Shown: positions 35,120 through 46,484, numbered from the stretch's first letter. The stretch: 64,000 nucleotides of DNA from an uncultured Gemmatimonadales bacterium (GCA_963851265.1 CAWKNZ010000005.1:160001-224000), one strand, 5' to 3'. Numbers and translations: made by a program. Notes: generated from the sequence alone by a model not told the origin.

Positions 35120-37306
35120 ATGACCGCTCCGCCGCGGCTCCCCCCCACTGCGCTCTTCATCAACCGCGAGCTCAGTTGGCTCGAGTTCAACGCCCGCGTC
35201 CTGCACGAGGCCGAGGACGACCGCGTGCCGCTGCTCGAGCGGGTGAAGTTTCTCTCGATCTTCAGCACCAACCTGGACGAGTTTTACATGGTCCGGGTGG
35301 CGGGCATCCGCCGCAAGGTCGCGATGGGCGCGCAGCAGTACCCGCCCGACGGACTGGCCCCGCCGGAGCAGCTCGCGGCGATCCGCGCGCGCGTCAAGTC
35401 GCTGGTCGCGGCGCGCGAACGGTGTCTGAACGAGGCGCTGCTCCCCGCGCTCGCCGAGCACGGCGTCGAGCTCGTGCGGATGGCGGATCTCACGCCGTCG
35501 GAGTGGATGCACGTCGACGAGTTCTTCGAGTCGCAGGCGTTCCCGGTACTCACGCCGCTGGCGCTCGACCCGGGGCACCGCTTTCCGTACATCTCCAACC
35601 TGTCGCTCTCGCTCGCCGTCGAGCTGCGCGACCCGGACACCGGGGCCGAACGGTTCGCGCGGGTGAAGGTGCCGCGTTCGCTGCCGCGCTGGGTGCCTAC
35701 GGGCGACGCGGCGCATCCGTACCGGTTCGTGCCCCTGGAAGAAGTGATCGGCGCCAACCTCACGGCGCTCTTCCCGGGTATGGAGGTGCTCCGCTGGTTC
35801 GCGTTCCGCATCACGCGCTACAGCGACCTCGATCTCGGCCAGATCGACCAGGTCGAGGACCTGCTCGACATCGTGGAGCGCCAGGTGGCGCGGCGCCGGT
35901 TCGGCGAGGTGGTGCGCGTCGAGGTGCAGGCCGGAATGCCGGCCGCGCTGCGTACGCTGATCCTCGAAGAGTTGAACGACGTCGAAACGCAGAACGTGAG
36001 CGCGCTCACCGACGCGGACGTCGACGAGAGCGGGCGGCTGCTGGAGTTGGGCGACCTGATGACGCTCCTGGCGCTCGACCTGCCCGACCTCAAGGACGCG
36101 CCGTTCCAGCCGCTCGTGCCGGGAGCGTTGCGCGAGATCGGCCGTCGCGCGCCGCCGGTCGCGCCCGGGATCGCGGCCGGCCCGCCGCGGACCTTCTTCG
36201 ACGTGATCCGCGAACGCGACCTGCTCGTCCACCACCCGTTCCACTCGTTCGACGCGACCGTCGAGCGATTCCTGGAAGACGCGGCGGTCGACCCCAACGT
36301 GCTCGCCATCAAGTGCACGCTGTACCGCACGTCGGGCGACACCGCGATCGTGGAGGCGCTCACCGACGCTGCGGAGGCGGGCAAGCAGGTCGCGGTGCTC
36401 GTCGAGCTGCAGGCGCGCTTCGACGAGACGAACAACATCAACTGGGCGCGCACCCTCGAGCGTGACGGCGTGCACGTCGCGTACGGCACCCCGGGGCTCA
36501 AGACGCACTGCAAGACGGCGTTGGTCATCCGCCGCGATCCCGACGGCGCGATCCGCCGCTACGTGCACATCGGGACGGGCAACTACAACACCAAGACCGC
36601 GCGCCTGTACACCGACCTCGGCCTGTTCACGGCGAGCCCGTCGATCGGGGCCGACGTCTCGGACCTGTTCAACACGCTCACCGGGTACTCGCGGCAGCGC
36701 CTCTACCGCAAGCTGCTCGTCGCGCCGGCCAACCTGCGCGCGCGCGTGGTGGCGCTCATCGAGCGCGAGGCGGCGCACGCGCGCGCCGGGCAGCCGGGGC
36801 GCATCATCGCGAAGATGAACGCCCTCGTCGACCCCGAGACGATCGACGCCCTCTACCGCGCGTCGCAGGCCGGGGTCGAGATCGACCTCATCGTGCGCGG
36901 CACGTGCTGCATCCGCCCGGGTGTGCCGGGGGTGAGCGACCGCATCCGCGTGCTGTCGATCATCGGGCGCTTTCTCGAGCACTCGCGCATCTGGTTCTTC
37001 CAGAACGACGGGCGGCACGAGTACTACCTCGGCTCGGCGGACTGGATGCCGCGCAACTTCGACCGGCGCGTGGAGGTCATCACGCCCGTGGAGGATCCGG
37101 CGCTGCACGCGCCGCTCCGCGCGCTCCTCGAGACCAGCCTCGCCGACAACCGGCAGGCGTGGGAGCTGAGGCCGGACGGGTCGTACGTGCAGCGGCGGCC
37201 GGCGGAGGGCGAGGCGGAGCGGGGCACGCACGCGATCCTGCTGCGCGACCCCTGGGGGCAGGCCCGGGAAGCGACGGAGGCGGGGGGCGGCGCGGGCGAG
37301 CGATGA
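35120..37306 (+). CDS. ppk1: Polyphosphate kinase 1
   Basis: NRELSWLEFN, NLDEFYMVRVAG, HHPF, ARFDE, KTHCK, GTGNYN, GRFLEH, SADWM.RN. Confidence 0.96.
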   Translation: MTAPPRLPPTALFINRELSWLEFNARVLHEAEDDRVPLLERVKFLSIFSTNLDEFYMVRVAGIRRKVAMGAQQYPPDGLAPPEQLAAIRARVKSLVAARERCLNEALLPALAEHGVELVRMADLTPSEWMHVDEFFESQAFPVLTPLALDPGHRFPYISNLSLSLAVELRDPDTGAERFARVKVPRSLPRWVPTGDAAHPYRFVPLEEVIGANLTALFPGMEVLRWFAFRITRYSDLDLGQIDQVEDLLDIVERQVARRRFGEVVRVEVQAGMPAALRTLILEELNDVETQNVSALTDADVDESGRLLELGDLMTLLALDLPDLKDAPFQPLVPGALREIGRRAPPVAPGIAAGPPRTFFDVIRERDLLVHHPFHSFDATVERFLEDAAVDPNVLAIKCTLYRTSGDTAIVEALTDAAEAGKQVAVLVELQARFDETNNINWARTLERDGVHVAYGTPGLKTHCKTALVIRRDPDGAIRRYVHIGTGNYNTKTARLYTDLGLFTASPSIGADVSDLFNTLTGYSRQRLYRKLLVAPANLRARVVALIEREAAHARAGQPGRIIAKMNALVDPETIDALYRASQAGVEIDLIVRGTCCIRPGVPGVSDRIRVLSIIGRFLEHSRIWFFQNDGRHEYYLGSADWMPRNFDRRVEVITPVEDPALHAPLRALLETSLADNRQAWELRPDGSYVQRRPAEGEAERGTHAILLRDPWGQAREATEAGGGAGER

Positions 37307-37541
37307 AACCGGGGGACGTGACGCAGCCGACGTGAGGTCGCGCACGTGACGCGGCGCACGCTCGGGAGGGGGCGTTAACGCACCCAGATGGGGCGCGGGG
37401 TGACGAAGAGCCCGCCGGGCGGGTCCGGCTATCACGGCATATCACGGCGCTGAAATACTTCGGCGCCGGATGGCCCTCCCGTCGACGCCGTGAGTGGCCG
37501 GCGTTCGGCGGTGTCCCCCTCTGCTTTTCGGAGCCTCCTCG

Positions 37542-40500
37542 ATGGGACGTACTCTACGCGGTGCCCGACGGGCAACCGCGGCGTTGGCACTCGCGCCGGG
37601 CGCCGTAGCCGGCGGCCTGCTCGCCACGCTCGTTGCCACCCCCCCTGCCGCTCTTGGGCAGCAGCCTGCGGCGGCGGGCGTCATCGTCGGTCGCGTGACC
37701 GAGCGCGGCACCAACGCGCCGCTCAGCAACGTGCAGGTCTACGTCGTCGGCTCGAACCAGAGTGCCCTCACGGGCGACAACGGCGCGTTCCGCATCACCG
37801 GCGTCCTCACCGGGACGGTCGAGGTTCGTGCGCGGCGGCTCGGGTTACGCGCTCACGGCGCTCCCGGCGACGATCCGGGCGGGCGGCACCGTCACCCTCA
37901 ACTTCGCTCTCGACCGCGCGCAGGCGCAGACGCTGTCGCAGGTCATCGTGACCGCGACCGGGGCCGAGCAGGCCGCCCGCGAGACGGGCAACCAGGTCGC
38001 TCGCATCACCCCCGACCAGCAGCCGCTTCCCGCGATCACCACGGGCTCGCAGCTGCTGGAAGGCAAGGCCGCGGGCGTGGTCATCACGCAGAGCGGCGGC
38101 GCGTCGGGGTCGGGCGCGCGCATCCGGATCCGCGGCGGCAACTCGTTGTCGGGCTCGAACGAGCCGTTGCTGATCATCGACGGCGTGCGCGTGAACAGCG
38201 ACCCGAGTTCCACGGCGATCGGCGTCGGCGGCCAGAGTCCGTCGCGCATCAACGACCTGAAGCCCGAGGACATCGAGAACATCGAGATCCTCAAGGGGCC
38301 GGCGGCGACCGGCCTGTACGGCACGCAGGCGGCGAACGGCGTGATTCAGGTGACGACGAAGCGCGGCGTGCGCGGGCGCACCCAGTACACCGCGTTCGCC
38401 GAGGGGGGCGCGCTCGACAACCCGTACACGTTCCCGCTCAACACGCGGGCGTACGGGAAGCGCGCGAACGGGACCACCACGCGTAACTGTCAGCTCCAGT
38501 CGCTCGCATCGGGCGTGTGCGTCCAGCAGGACTCGCTGCAGGCGTTCCAGCCGCTCGACGACTCGCGCACGACCCCGTTCCGCGTGGGCGACCGCCAGCG
38601 CTACGGGGCCAGCGCGTCCGGCGGCGGCGAACGCGCGACGTACTACCTGTCGGGCGACTATGAGAACGAGAAGGGCGTTTACCAGAACAGCGGCATCCGC
38701 CGCGTCAACCTGCGGTCGAACGCCACTGCGCAGCTCCGGTCGAACCTCGACATCACGGCCAACCTCGGGTACCTGAACCTCAACAACCCGCGGCCGCAGA
38801 ACGACAACAACGACCAGGGATTCATCGGCGGCGGTCTGCTCGGCTCCACGGCGTACGACTCGCTCCGCCAGGGCTACCTGCGCGCCGGCCCGTCGATCCT
38901 GAACGGGATCACGACCATTCAGACGGGCGACCGGCTCACCGGCGGCAGCACGCTCAACTACCGGCCGCTCACGTGGCTCCGGTTCGTCGGCCAGACCGGC
39001 CTCGACATCTTCAACCGGAACGACGAGTATCTCGTCCCGTACGCGCTGCTGACGCTGTTCGACTCCGACCGCGCGCAGGGAGAACGCGACCGGGACCTGT
39101 ACCGGATCGCGGCCTACACCGCCAACGCGAGCGGCATTGCGACGCGCACGTTCGGCGACGTCACCTCGACGACCACGCTCGGCCTGCAGTACCAGCGGGA
39201 TCGTACGGACGGCACGCGCGCAATCGGCTACAACATTCTTCCGGGGACGGGAACGCTCTCGACGACCAACTCGCGCTTTTCGGTCGCCGAAGAACAAATC
39301 GAGACGCGTCTCTTCGGCGCGCTCGCGTCCGAGCAGATCGGGTTCCGCGACCGGCTGTTCGTCACCGCGTCGCTGCGCGGCGATAACAACAGTGCGTTCG
39401 GTCAGAACGTCGGCTTCGTCACGTACCCGTCGGCGAACGCGTCGTGGGTGGTCAGCGACGAGTCGTTCTTCCCGAAGATCGCGGCCGTAAACTCGTTCCG
39501 CCTCCGTGCGGCGATCGGGAAGTCCGGGCAGCGCCCGGAGCAGCTGGCTGCGCTTCGCTACTTCAACCCGGTCGCCGTCACGGCCAACGCCACCGACGTG
39601 CCGGGGTTCACGATCGGCAACCTCGGCAACACGAACCTGCGCCCCGAGATCACGACCGAGGGCGAGGTCGGCTTCGACGCGGGTCTCTTCGACCGCCGGG
39701 TCGACCTGCAGGTGACCTACTTCGGCCGCCGCACGCGCGATCAGCTCGTCGCCGTCCCGATCGCGCCGTCCGTCGGCACGGGCCCGGACGCGCCGACCCG
39801 CACGCAGAACATCGGCACGGTGACCAACAAGGGGCTCGAGGTCGGGCTCACCACGACGTTCGTGCGCCAGCGCAACGTGGGCTTCGACGTCACGTGGAAT
39901 TTCGCGACGCTCGCGAACCACGTGTACGCGCTCCGCGACACGACGCCGATCATCTTCGGCTTCAACTCGGTCCAGCAGCACCGCACCGGGTTCCCCGCCG
40001 GGTCGTACTTCCAGGTGCCGTACACCTTCAACGACGCGAACCACGACGGCATCATCACCGCCAACGAGGTACAGCTCGCGTCCGACGGCAACGTCCAGTT
40101 CCTCGGCAACCCGCTGCCCAAGCGCACGCTGTCGGTGCAGCCGGCGCTGACGCTCGGGCCGAACAACCTCATCCGCCTGCAGGCGCTCGTCGACTACCGC
40201 GGCGGCTGGTACCAGTTCAACGGGACCGAAGTCTACCGCTGCCTGTTCGGGATCTGCCCGGAGCTGAGCGCCAAGGGCTCGTCGCTCTCCGACCAGGCGC
40301 GCGCGATCGCGTCCAACAACTACGGCGACTACGCCGGGTACGTCGAGAAGGCGGACTTCGTGAAGCTCCGCGAACTGTCCGCGACCATCGCGCTCCCGCG
40401 GCCGCTGCTCTTCGGCAAGGCGAGCAACGGCACGCTCACGTTCGCCGGCCGCAACCTGCTCACCTCGAGCAAGTACAGCGGGCTCGACCCCGAGGCCAAC

Positions 40501-40590
40501 GGCGCGGCGCAGGCCAACTGGTCGCAGTTCGACTTCCTGTCGCAGCCGCCGGTCCGACTGTTCTCGGTCCGCCTCTCCTACAACTACTGA
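37542..40590 (+). pseudogene. SusC/RagA-like TonB-linked outer-membrane receptor with a +1 frameshift near 37842-37846 (real mutation or sequencing error)
   Basis: Signal peptide and N-terminal domain ending ...RARRLG in one frame; continuation YAL...IRIRGGNS, PLLIIDG, EDIENIEILKGPAATGLYG..AANGVIQVTTK in the next frame. Confidence 0.8.
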
Positions 40591-40599
40591 GGCGGCGGG

Positions 40600-41985
40600 A
40601 TGCACACGCCTTCACCACTCCAACACCGCGCTTTCATGACTCACGTACGCCGGATGGCCCGGGGGACGACCGCGGCGGCCGTGGCTCTGGCTGCCGTCGG
40701 CCTCCTCGGAGCCTGTAGCACCGACAAACTCCTCACGGTCAGCAATCCCGGAATCGCCGAGCCGGCAACCCTCACCGGGAACTCCGGGCTGGCGGCATAC
40801 TACGCGGCCGCGATCGGTGACTTCATCGCCGGCTATGCGGGCGACCCCAGCTTCCCGTACGAGGGGATGATCAACTGGGGCGGCCTGCTCGCCGACGAGG
40901 TCGCGAGCGTGGACACCTACACGGGGCGCAACCAGACGGACGCCCGTAGCACCCTGCCAGCGGACGGGAGCAACGCAGACATCTTCCGCGCGATCCAGCG
41001 CTCTCGCTCGACGGCCGAACTGGCCGAAGCGCAGTTTGCGCAGAGCGCGCCCACCGACGCGCGTCGGTCCGAGGTGACGAGTTTGGCCGGGTTCAGCTAC
41101 CTCGCCATGGCCGAATCGTACTGTTCGGGCATTCCGTTCAGCTCGCTCTCCTCTGACGGGACGACCCTGACGTACGGTCAGCCGAACACGACCGACCAGG
41201 TCTTGCAGATCGCCGTCGCGAAGTTCGACACGGCGCTGGCGATCGCCAGTGCCGCCAAGGTCGACTCGCTCGCTGACCTCGCGCGCGTGGGGCGTGCGCG
41301 CGCCCTGCTCGACCTCAACCGCGTCGCGGACGCGGCCACGCAGGCGGCCGCGGTGTCGCCGACGTTCACGTACTACCTGTTCACGTCGGCGAACACGCAG
41401 CGCCAGTACAACGGCGTGTACTATCTCGACAACATCAACCAGCGGTTCAGCGCGATCGACAAGGAGGGCGGGAACGGGCTGCCGTACCTGAGCGCGAACG
41501 ACCCGCGCGTCCTGTCTCAGGACACCGGCGGTCCGGGGTTCGACGGCGAGCGCGAACTGATCAACCAGCTCAAGTACCCGACGCGTACGTCACCCATCCC
41601 GCTCGCCACCGGCGCCGAGGCGCTTCTGATCCAGGCCGAGGGGGCGCTCGCGACGGGGTCGACCAGCCAGTTCCTCGCCTTCCTCACGCGATCGCGCGCT
41701 GCGGTCGGAGACGCGGCACCCGTCACCGACCCGGGCACGCTGACTGGGCGGCAGGACCTGCTCTTCCAGGAGCGCGGGTTCACCCTCTGGCTCACCGGCC
41801 ACCGTCTGGGCGACATGCGGCGACTCATCCGGTTCTACAACCGCGGTGCGGAGACCGTGTTCCCCACGGGCCCCTACTCGGGCCAGGGGATCGACAACTA
41901 CGGGACCGACGTCAACCTGCCGATCCCGATTCAGGAGCAGAACAACCCGAACTACACCGGCACCTGCGACAAGACCCGGCCGTGA
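40600..41985 (+). CDS. SusD/RagB-like outer-membrane lipoprotein (start may be 40636 or 40654)
   Basis: Lipobox LLGAC, C-terminal ER...GHRLGDMRR and LPIPIQE..NNPN; follows the SusC-like gene. Confidence 0.85.
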   Translation: MHTPSPLQHRAFMTHVRRMARGTTAAAVALAAVGLLGACSTDKLLTVSNPGIAEPATLTGNSGLAAYYAAAIGDFIAGYAGDPSFPYEGMINWGGLLADEVASVDTYTGRNQTDARSTLPADGSNADIFRAIQRSRSTAELAEAQFAQSAPTDARRSEVTSLAGFSYLAMAESYCSGIPFSSLSSDGTTLTYGQPNTTDQVLQIAVAKFDTALAIASAAKVDSLADLARVGRARALLDLNRVADAATQAAAVSPTFTYYLFTSANTQRQYNGVYYLDNINQRFSAIDKEGGNGLPYLSANDPRVLSQDTGGPGFDGERELINQLKYPTRTSPIPLATGAEALLIQAEGALATGSTSQFLAFLTRSRAAVGDAAPVTDPGTLTGRQDLLFQERGFTLWLTGHRLGDMRRLIRFYNRGAETVFPTGPYSGQGIDNYGTDVNLPIPIQEQNNPNYTGTCDKTRP

Positions 41986-42031
41986 CGACGCGTTCGCACG
42001 CCTAACGGCGCGCGAAGCCTAACGGCGGGCG

Positions 42032-42070
42032 GCGACGGCCCCCCTGCGACCTCCGCAGGGGGGCCGTCGC
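42032..42070. terminator. Hairpin between the convergent susD-like and ppx genes
   Basis: GCGACGGCCCCCCTGCG-acctc-CGCAGGGGGGCCGTCGC, perfect 17-bp stem. Confidence 0.65.
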
Positions 42071-42078
42071 GCGTCGCG

Positions 42079-43674
42079 TCACCCCGCGCCCGGCTCGGCG
42101 CCCGGCGCGACCTCCTCGAACGCGACCGGCTTCCCGAGCAGCTTCGCCAGGAGCCCCGCCTTCCGCTCCGCCCCCCACAGCTCCAGCTGCAGCGAGGCCT
42201 CCGGCACCACCGAGGCGACGCGCATCTGGACCCGTCCGTCCGCCTGGGCCACGGTCACGTCGCCCACCGCGCCGGCGTGCCCGCGGTCCAACCCGTCCGC
42301 GACGCGCAGTAGCGCCGAGAGACGCCTGACGCGGCGCCGCAGCGCGCGGTCCAGCGCGCCGAAGTTGGCGTGCGCGCGCTTCGGCACCGCGCCGCGGTGG
42401 TAGCGCGCCACGTTCGCGATGGCGACTTGTTCCGCGGGCGAGACGCCCTGCAGGTCGGCGTGGCGCACGAGGTGGTACGAGTGCTTGTGGTGCTTCTCGT
42501 AGTTGATCTGGTAGCCGACGTCGTGCAGCAGTGCGGCGTCGGCGAGCACCTCGCGGTCGCCGGGCTCGCAGCCCAGCCGCGCGGCGAGCTGGTCGTAGAG
42601 GCGGAGCGCGAGCCGGCGCACCTGCTCCGCGTGCGGCTGCTCGTAGTGGCAGCGCTCCGCGAACGCGCGCACCGAGCGCTCGCGCGAGACCGCGGGGTCG
42701 GCCGGCGCGCTCGGCGCCACCATCGCGGTCTCGAGCAGGATCCCCTCGCGAATGCCGTAGCCCGAAACCAGCAGCTCGCGCCCTTCGAATACGGCGAGCA
42801 CCTCCGCCGCGACCGCGAGGCCGCCGACGATGATGTCGGCGCGCTCGGGGTTCAGGCCGGCGACCGCGCGCCGCTCGGCCGCGCCGAGCGCGGCGAGCTG
42901 GGCGAGCGTGTGCTCGAGCTCCGCACGCGGCACGACCGTGCCGTGGCGCGACTTGTTCCCGCCGCCCTGCACGCCCGCGCGCGCGTTCACCACGCCCGCG
43001 AGGTTGGTGTACGTCCCGCCCGAGCCGATCACGCGCGCGCCGCGCCACTCCTTCACCGAGAGCTCGTCGCGGATGGCCCAGCGGACCGCGCGCCGCAGCT
43101 CGCGCAGCGCCTGCCGGGCGCGAGACGGCGTTTTCATGTCGTCGGGAGACAAGAACTGGTCGGTCGCGCGGATCGCGCCGAACGGCAGCGAGACGAGCCG
43201 GTCGAGCAATCCCTCCGCCGCGAGGGCCAGCTCCAGCGAGCCGCCGCCGATGTCGGCGACGACCGTGCGCCCGGTGCCGACCTCGAAGTGCGCCATCGCC
43301 GAGCGGAACGACAGGCGCGCCTCCTCGTCGCCCGTGAGCAGGCGGACGCGGAGCCCAGTCGCCTCGTGCACGCGCTCGAGGAATGCCCCGCCGTTGGCGG
43401 CGTCGCGCACGGCGCTCGTCGCCACCGCCTCGATGCGCTCGGCCTTCAGCTGGCCGGCGAGCGCGGCCATGCGCTGCAGGGCGTCGAGCGCGGCGCGCAT
43501 CGGGCCCTCGCCCAACAGGCCCGTCTGGTCCACGCCCGTGCCGAGGCGCGGCATCGCCTTCATCTCGTCGACGACGCGGATTTCGCCGCTGGTCGACACG
43601 TCGGCCACGATGGCGCGGATGGAGTTGGAACCGATGTCGACGGCGGCGATACGCGTGGTGGCGTCGGTGGTCAT
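42079..43674 (-). CDS. ppx: Exopolyphosphatase / pppGpp phosphohydrolase with HD domain
   Basis: DIGSNS, ATSAVRDA, DIGGGSLE, GIREG, LLHDVG...HHKHS. Confidence 0.9.
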   Translation of the reverse strand: MTTDATTRIAAVDIGSNSIRAIVADVSTSGEIRVVDEMKAMPRLGTGVDQTGLLGEGPMRAALDALQRMAALAGQLKAERIEAVATSAVRDAANGGAFLERVHEATGLRVRLLTGDEEARLSFRSAMAHFEVGTGRTVVADIGGGSLELALAAEGLLDRLVSLPFGAIRATDQFLSPDDMKTPSRARQALRELRRAVRWAIRDELSVKEWRGARVIGSGGTYTNLAGVVNARAGVQGGGNKSRHGTVVPRAELEHTLAQLAALGAAERRAVAGLNPERADIIVGGLAVAAEVLAVFEGRELLVSGYGIREGILLETAMVAPSAPADPAVSRERSVRAFAERCHYEQPHAEQVRRLALRLYDQLAARLGCEPGDREVLADAALLHDVGYQINYEKHHKHSYHLVRHADLQGVSPAEQVAIANVARYHRGAVPKRAHANFGALDRALRRRVRRLSALLRVADGLDRGHAGAVGDVTVAQADGRVQMRVASVVPEASLQLELWGAERKAGLLAKLLGKPVAFEEVAPGAEPGAG

Positions 43675-43710
43675 CTGCGGGCGGAGGGGGGCGAGATCAA
43701 GCGTCCCGAA

Positions 43711-45573
43711 TCATACGGCGGCCGGGCCCGGCGTCGTGGGAAATCGCACCTCGATCGTCGTGCCCTCGCCGAGCGTGCTCACCGCGTGCGCCTCGCCACC
43801 GTGCGCTTCGGCGAGGTGTTTGACCACCGACAGCCCGAGCCCCGTCCCGCCCTGCTCGCGCGAGCGCCCCGGGTCGGCGCGATAGAACCGCTCGAAGATG
43901 CGCGGCAGGTGCGCGGCCGAGATGCCGACGCCGGTGTCGCGCACGCCGAGCCATACGTCGCCGGTGGCCGAATCGCGCCGGGTGTAGACCGTGACGCGCC
44001 CCGCCGGCGTGTGGCGCACGGCGTTCTCGACCAGGTTGCTCAGCACCTGGCGTGCGGCGGTCGGGTCGGCGTAGACGCACGGCGCTGCGGGGTCGGGCTC
44101 GATGTCCAGCGCGATCCCGCGGGCCGCGGCCGCGTCGCGCGCGGGACCGAGCGCGTCGGCCGCGGCCGCGAGCACGCTCACCGCCGTCGGCGCGGGGCGC
44201 CAACCTCCGCTCTCGATCCGCGACAGGTCGAGCAGGTCGTCGACGATGCGCTGCATACGGGTCGCGTTGGCGCGGATGGTCTGCGCGAAGCGGCGCGGCG
44301 CGGCGGCGAGGCCGGCGTCGTCGGCGAGCGTCTCGGCGAAGCCGCCGACCACGGTGAGCGGCGTCTTGAGTTCGTGCGAGACGTTGGCCACGAAGTCGCG
44401 CCGCACGGTCTCGAGTCGGCGCACGGCGGTGAGGTCGCGGAAGGCGAGCACCGCGCCGCGCGCGGCCGGGAGCGGGCGCGCGGTCAGGGCGAGCGTGCGC
44501 CCGTGCACGCGCAGCTCGACCGCGGGCTCCGCGCCGTGTTCGCCGGTCGCGGTCATGTTGGTGGTGCCGTTTCCCATCGGCTCGCCGCCGACCAGCTCGC
44601 CGCGCAGCGCGGCCGCGAGCGCCTCGCGGAGTGCGCGGTCGCGCGGCAGATACTCCGCCGGGAACGGGGGCGCATCGGGGAGGCGGAGCAGGCGCCGGGC
44701 CGTGTCGTTCACGCGCACCACCTGCCCGCGGCCGTCGACGGCCACCACGCCCTCACTCAGCGACTCGATGAGCGCGGCGAGCAGCTCCTGCTCGGCGGCG
44801 AGCGCGTCGAGGCGCGCGCCGAGCTGCTCCGCGAGCCGGTGCATCGCGCCGGCGACCTCGCCGATCTCGCCGGGGGCGACGAGGGCCGGGCGATTGGACA
44901 GGTCGCCCGCGGCGAGCGCGCGCGCGACGTCACGCAACTCGGCGAGCGGGCGCGTGATGGAACGCGCGAGGAGCAGCGCGCCCAGCGCCGCCGTGAGCAG
45001 CCCCACGAGCCCGGCCGTGAGTATGCCGTCCCGCAACGCGTCGGTGAGCGGGCGGATGTCGACGCCCGACGACGCGACGCGGACCACGCCGTGCGCCGCG
45101 CGCGCGGCCGCGGCGTACTCGTACGCGCCGGTCGCGCTCGACGCGTCGGCGTGCGCCGCGCCGGTGCTGTCGCGCGCGGCGGCTGCCACCTCGGGCAGTC
45201 GCGCGTAGCCGGCGAGCCAGGAGGCCGTGGTGTCGCGCAGCTCGTCGTCGCGCGCCTCGGAGTCGCCGCGCACGCGCCCGCTCGCGTCGATGAACGTGAC
45301 GTGGCGACCGAGGAGAATGGCGAGCGAGTCGGCGAGCCGCACGTCGGCGGCCGCCGCCGCGGCGGCCGCGCCGGCCGACCTCACAGTGGGCCCGGCGGGA
45401 CCGGCGGCGGCCGTCCAGAGACGCGCGCCCACGGTCGCCTCCACGCGCAACCGATCGAGGGTGGCCGTGCGTTCGGCGGCCCGGGCCCGCGTGCCCACGG
45501 TGGCGGCGACGAGGGCGACGAGGACCGCGACCGTGACGGCGGCCGCGAGCAGCAGGCGGGCCGTCAGGCGCAT
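43711..45573 (-). CDS. phoR: Sensor histidine kinase, PhoR-like
   Basis: HAMP/PAS, DFVANVSHELKTPLT, NLVENA, RIFERFYR, GTGLGL; next to phoB, ppx and ppk1. Confidence 0.8.
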   Translation of the reverse strand: MRLTARLLLAAAVTVAVLVALVAATVGTRARAAERTATLDRLRVEATVGARLWTAAAGPAGPTVRSAGAAAAAAAADVRLADSLAILLGRHVTFIDASGRVRGDSEARDDELRDTTASWLAGYARLPEVAAAARDSTGAAHADASSATGAYEYAAAARAAHGVVRVASSGVDIRPLTDALRDGILTAGLVGLLTAALGALLLARSITRPLAELRDVARALAAGDLSNRPALVAPGEIGEVAGAMHRLAEQLGARLDALAAEQELLAALIESLSEGVVAVDGRGQVVRVNDTARRLLRLPDAPPFPAEYLPRDRALREALAAALRGELVGGEPMGNGTTNMTATGEHGAEPAVELRVHGRTLALTARPLPAARGAVLAFRDLTAVRRLETVRRDFVANVSHELKTPLTVVGGFAETLADDAGLAAAPRRFAQTIRANATRMQRIVDDLLDLSRIESGGWRPAPTAVSVLAAAADALGPARDAAAARGIALDIEPDPAAPCVYADPTAARQVLSNLVENAVRHTPAGRVTVYTRRDSATGDVWLGVRDTGVGISAAHLPRIFERFYRADPGRSREQGGTGLGLSVVKHLAEAHGGEAHAVSTLGEGTTIEVRFPTTPGPAAV

Positions 45574-45575
45574 CG

Positions 45576-46460
45576 CTAGCGGCTGGCGTCTCGAAGGCGG
45601 GACGCGTCGCCGTTGGCCCCGCCGCGCAGCCGGTAGCCGAAGCCGCGCACCGTCTCGATCAGCTCGCCTGCGGCGCCCAACTTGGCGCGCAGTCGTTGGA
45701 CGTGCATGTCGACCGTACGCGTCTGGATGTCGGGCGCCGCCTCCCACACCGTCTCGAGCAGGTGCGTGCGTGCCTGCACCCGCCCGCGCCGCTCGGCGAG
45801 CATGACGAGCAGGCGGTACTCCGTGGGCGTGAGGTCGATGCGGCGTCCGTCGGCGTCGACCGTCATCGCCGCGCGGTCGATGCGGATGGGGCCGACCGAG
45901 AGCACGTCGTCGGCCGCAGGCGCCTCGCGCGCATCGCCGGCGCGCGGTGCGTCTGCGCCGTCGGCCGCCGCGGCGACGCGGCGCAGGATCGCGCCCACGC
46001 GCAGCACCAGTTCCTGCGGGCTGAACGGCTTGGCGAGGTAGTCGTCGGCGCCGAGCGAGAGGCCGCGGATCCGGTCGGCCTCGCCGCCGCGCGCGGTGAG
46101 CATGAGGACGGCGAGGCGGCGCGTGTCCTCGGCCGCGCGCAGCTGCTCGAGCACGTCGAACCCCGAGCGGTCGGGGAGCATGAGGTCGAGCACGACGAGC
46201 GCCGGTCGCTCGCGGCTGGCCTGGGCGAGCGCCTCGGCGCCCGTAGCGGCGGTGGCGACCTGGTAGCCCGAGCGGGCGAGGTGGTAAGCGACGAGCGCGA
46301 CGATGTCCGGCTCGTCGTCGACGACCAGCACGCGCTCGCCGGTGCCGGCGGGACCCGGCACGGCGCTGGCGGGCGCGTCGGGGCTGGGCGTGGCCGTGCT
46401 GGCGGCCGGCGCGGGGGCGCCGGGGTGTTCGGTGCGGTCGGGGGCGTCGGCGGTCGTCAT
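45576..46460 (-). CDS. phoB: OmpR/PhoB family response regulator
   Basis: VVDDE, LDLMLP, GADDYLAKPFS, RTVDMHVQRLR, TVRGFGY. Confidence 0.8.
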   Translation of the reverse strand: MTTADAPDRTEHPGAPAPAASTATPSPDAPASAVPGPAGTGERVLVVDDEPDIVALVAYHLARSGYQVATAATGAEALAQASRERPALVVLDLMLPDRSGFDVLEQLRAAEDTRRLAVLMLTARGGEADRIRGLSLGADDYLAKPFSPQELVLRVGAILRRVAAAADGADAPRAGDAREAPAADDVLSVGPIRIDRAAMTVDADGRRIDLTPTEYRLLVMLAERRGRVQARTHLLETVWEAAPDIQTRTVDMHVQRLRAKLGAAGELIETVRGFGYRLRGGANGDASRLRDASR

Positions 46461-46484
46461 GGGCGGCGGCGTGGGGCTGCGACG

